A stretch of DNA of 64,000 nt from Squalus acanthias. Its lineage: Eukaryota. Numbering within the stretch: position 1 is the stretch's first letter; every line of letters starts with the position of its first letter. The notes beneath the pieces were generated by a model that worked only from the letters and a program-made list of their open reading frames with translations, did not search any database and had not been told where the DNA came from. Below are positions 60,801-64,000 of this stretch, in pieces. The position numbers and the translations under genes were made by a program. The stretch spans positions 118,360,001-118,424,000 of the forward strand of contig CM059432.1 in the NCBI GenBank assembly GCA_030390025.1, given 5' to 3'.

Positions 60801-61888
60801 ATCATCAGTATGAAATCAATTGCAAGAAGCTTTGTTTACTGGTCTGGATTGGACAGTGATCTTGAATTGCTTGTCAGCAAGTGCAACGTTTGCCAAAATT
60901 GCAGAAACAAACCACACTAAACTCCATTACAACCCTGGTCATGGCCAAGTAGACCTTTTCAGAGAGTACATATAGATTTCTGTGAGAAAGCAAATGATTA
61001 TTTCCTGGTACTTGTCACTCAAAGTGGATTGAAGTGAAACACATGCGTTCAAATACTACAACCGAACATACCATAGATGAGTTGAGGTCTATCTTTGCAT
61101 GTCATGGCTTACCTGAAGAGCTCGTTTCTGACAATGGCCCTCAGTTCCGTTCTGCTCTATTCCAAGAATTCATGAAACAGAATGGTATCAAACACACTCT
61201 CGTTCCACCATATCATCCAGCTTCAAACGGAGCAGCTGAAAGGTTAGTCAGAATAGTAAAAGAAGCTCTCAAAAAGCAAGTGTTGCAGGGTTGTTCAGGA
61301 CTCAGCATGAAGCAACGTCTGGGAAATTTCTTGCTGAAGTACAGAACTACTCTGTGCACTACAACTGGACATACCCCAACAGAACTCTTGATGAAGAGAA
61401 GATTGAGAACGCGATTGAATCTTTTTCAACCGAATTTGGCTTCAAGAGTTGAACAGAAACAGTTGCGTCAGGAACGTTATGACACCAATCGGAAAGAACG
61501 CAGTTTCAAACAAAACAAGTGTGTTCATGTTCTCAGTCCCCCTGGAAAGTCGAGTTCACACAATTGGGATGTAGGAACCATAGTAGAGGTTGGTGGAAGC
61601 AAGAGATATTTGGTTGAAATTGGTGACAACATCCGAAGTGTTCATGTAGATCAAATGATCTCTGCTAGAGATGAACCAAGACGTGATCTTGAACCACTTG
61701 ATCATGAACACATACATGAGTTTGACTCAGTTCAGACTTCAGTAACTGAAGTACCAGGTTCAAACAAGTCTGAGATAGAAACAGGATCTTATTTGAGTTC
61801 GGAACCAAAACAAAACAGCCTGAAAATTGGTTCAACACCAAAAACTTCTGTAAGGAGATCAGGAAGGCTCCAGCAAATCTGTTATTAA
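57864..61888 (+). pseudogene. gag-pol polyprotein with multiple stops and frameshifts
   Basis: Two Zn knuckles (CYRCNGNH..C, CFHCQKQGH...C), protease IDTATDCS, RT FSKLDL/LPYGVKSSP, RNase H CDASSY, and integrase HHCC + SDNGPQF/PPYHPASNGAAER. Confidence 0.9.
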
Positions 61889-62025
61889 ACTAGATTTGTA
61901 GTTCATTTAAAAGAAAAAAAGCCAGGAGTTTTTGTTATGTGGTACATGTAATGCTGGGAAAGGTGGGACCATAGTTTTATTGTATTTGAGAGGGGAATAT
62001 GTACATTTTTTTATGGGGAAAGCAG

Positions 62026-62162
62026 TGTAATGTATTATCACATGGTTTATCACATGGTTTAGTATGAACATGCTCAGTTCGCTCTGGCCTAGTAAAGCAA
62101 GCAAATGGATTAGCAACTCATCCTGTCTCTGTCCTTCATTTGTTCCACCCACATATATTACA
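62026..62162 (+). repeat. 3' LTR
   Basis: Colinear with the 5' LTR, about 15 substitutions in 137 bp by eye. Confidence 0.9.
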
Positions 62163-64000
62163 TACCTTTTCACCAGATTTTATTTATCAGGGTTATAGAA
62201 CAAAAAAATATTGCCGGATAATTGGCCTACAGTTTGTTTTGCTCACTGATGAAACAGGCCTTTCACTGCCCTTGTTGTCAGCAGGGAATCTCCAATGTGT
62301 CTTGATAAGAGCATGCAAGCTAATATTAGCCTGTTCTAATACTGCAGTGACTGCAACCAGCTATCCCAAAGAAGCCAATGATGACTTACAGCAATGGGAA
62401 TTAATGTGAGTCCTTAACATTAGAACTAGCATGTCCTATGCGGACTTTTAATGAATTATTTTGAATGTTTTTGTCTGTTTACTGTGTTTCCTTCTGAAAT
62501 TCAAGCAACAAGCCTTATCGTTCGGCACACCACTTATATTAGTGCCATTGGCTTCTACCCTGTTGTCTGGTGACCTTTTGTTTTATTCAGCTTGGGGAGA
62601 TAGGTTTGCAGCAGTGCTCTGAACACTACTGAATGCAATTACACATTGATTTACACTGCACTTTATACATGGAAATATTGATGTAAAGTTTGTGAAATAG
62701 TTAGGAAAATCTGATTAGCTTCACAGTTTCCAAAGGAACTTGTCTGCAGGTTGCTGGCTAGCCAACCTATGATGTGGGAGTTTAATTTGTATTTGTGCCC
62801 TGTGGATTTGATGCCTGTGGATTTGACATGCTTCTATTCCCACTTTGTTCTTTTGTAACCCCATCTCTACAGTTAATGAGGCATTGGTGTCTCAGACTGA
62901 GAAGCAGAGAGCTAACAGATTGGCATACCGTACTCATCTGGTTTGTACACTTTGAGTAATTACTACATTAGCCGTCTCCTGTACTGACACTTGTAGAGAA
63001 CACTGTGGGTTGTTGCTGTGGGACACTAAAACCAGACGGAGACAATTGCAGGGGTCACCAAGGCAAATCTGTTTGCCTCAAATAGAGTGCAATGCCATTC
63101 GCTAAATGTCTGATTTTATTCTCATGTAGAGGTTCGGTCCCTAAGATCAACTAAATTATCACAAACAGCTTTAGTATCCTTGTCAGGAGCCAGTAAAGGT
63201 AAAGATAGTTCACCAATGGCACCACATATTCACTCATGAGTGGAATCAGCCGATTATCTGTTCTGCCTCCCCCGCACAGCTAGTTATCCATCTATCCATT
63301 TAAAATATGGAGTTCATTTCCTCTTCCAGATGTGCAATTGACCTGTTCTGTCCCTTCCAGCCATCTCGTGGGGGTTTGTGCTCACTGGACTGGTCTTTTT
63401 CTCATCATGATGGCCTCTCTTTCACTTTGCCTCTGCTACTGCTTTAAGAGTTTCCAGCCTAATTTCTGAAGTCCCGGGGCTCTGTCTTCTCTCGTGGACC
63501 CAGTAACTGCTGTGCTTCACTCTGTCCCCTGTCTCAGACCGGATTAAAAAAAAAAAAAATTATCAGTGGGGAGCAGGGCTCGGCGTGGCAAAACAGCAGG
63601 AGGCTGGATGCAAGCATCCTTGGGCCTGTGAGTGGGAGCAAACCTGGAGTACTGGGGTGAGGAACAAGGGGATGGGGTGGCACCTGGGTCAGGAGCCGAA
63701 AAAGACTGAACACAATTTGTAGGGGGTGGTGGTTTGTGTCAGCTTTATCTCTGACCTCTGAGTGGTTTGAAACGCTCCCACTCCCTTGGTTCTGGACCGT
63801 GGACTTATTTGGGGTTTTGATACAAAGGTGCAGCAGACAACTGAGTTTGATGAAAGAACTTCAATCTTTACTGAAAGGTAAGACACAAATAATAACACTC
63901 TTATCACTCTAAAGGTGGGGTACACTTCGGTACAAGCGAGGGAAATGACAGTAGAACAACACTTCACCCCTCCCAACCCCACTTTACTAGCTAAGTTAGG

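Larger units (their letters stand above)
56597..62162 (+). mobile_element. Ty3/Gypsy LTR retrotransposon (Mag-like), decayed
   Basis: Two 137-bp LTRs and the 5-bp TSD TACCT (56592-56596, 62163-62167). Gag-PR-RT-RH-IN order, with a purine tract before the 3' LTR. Confidence 0.95.

Noticed and set aside
63688..64000. Possible LTR end at the window edge
   Set aside because: There is no clear TG/CA terminus, TSD or second copy within the window.

Overview
This is eukaryotic DNA made almost entirely of transposable elements. The element families point to a cartilaginous fish (shark-like); that is inferred from recall, not from a database match. I could not identify any host-gene exon. Contents: (i) many CR1-clade LINEs, including two full-length copies (zinc-finger/esterase ORF1 plus APE-RT ORF2), one uninterrupted APE-RT ORF2, and two near-identical young copies; (ii) a second CR1/L2-group LINE family; (iii) Penelope-like elements, including fold-back insertions that carry minimal hammerhead ribozymes; (iv) three PIF/Harbinger transposons with a spliced Myb/SANT gene, one retaining a HARBI1-like transposase, plus several Harbinger-type MITEs; (v) a decayed Ty3/Gypsy element with both LTRs and a 5-bp TSD; (vi) a 1.45-kb solo LTR; and (vii) SINEs. 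Many elements are nested 3-4 levels deep. The most notable signals are a U_UUA_AAC slippery heptamer at the ORF1 stop of three divergent CR1 families (with the -1 frame open into an AUG-less ORF2 in the intact copy), hammerhead-capped DNA palindromes with covarying stems, and a 54-bp tandem array forming the 5' end of a full-length CR1.
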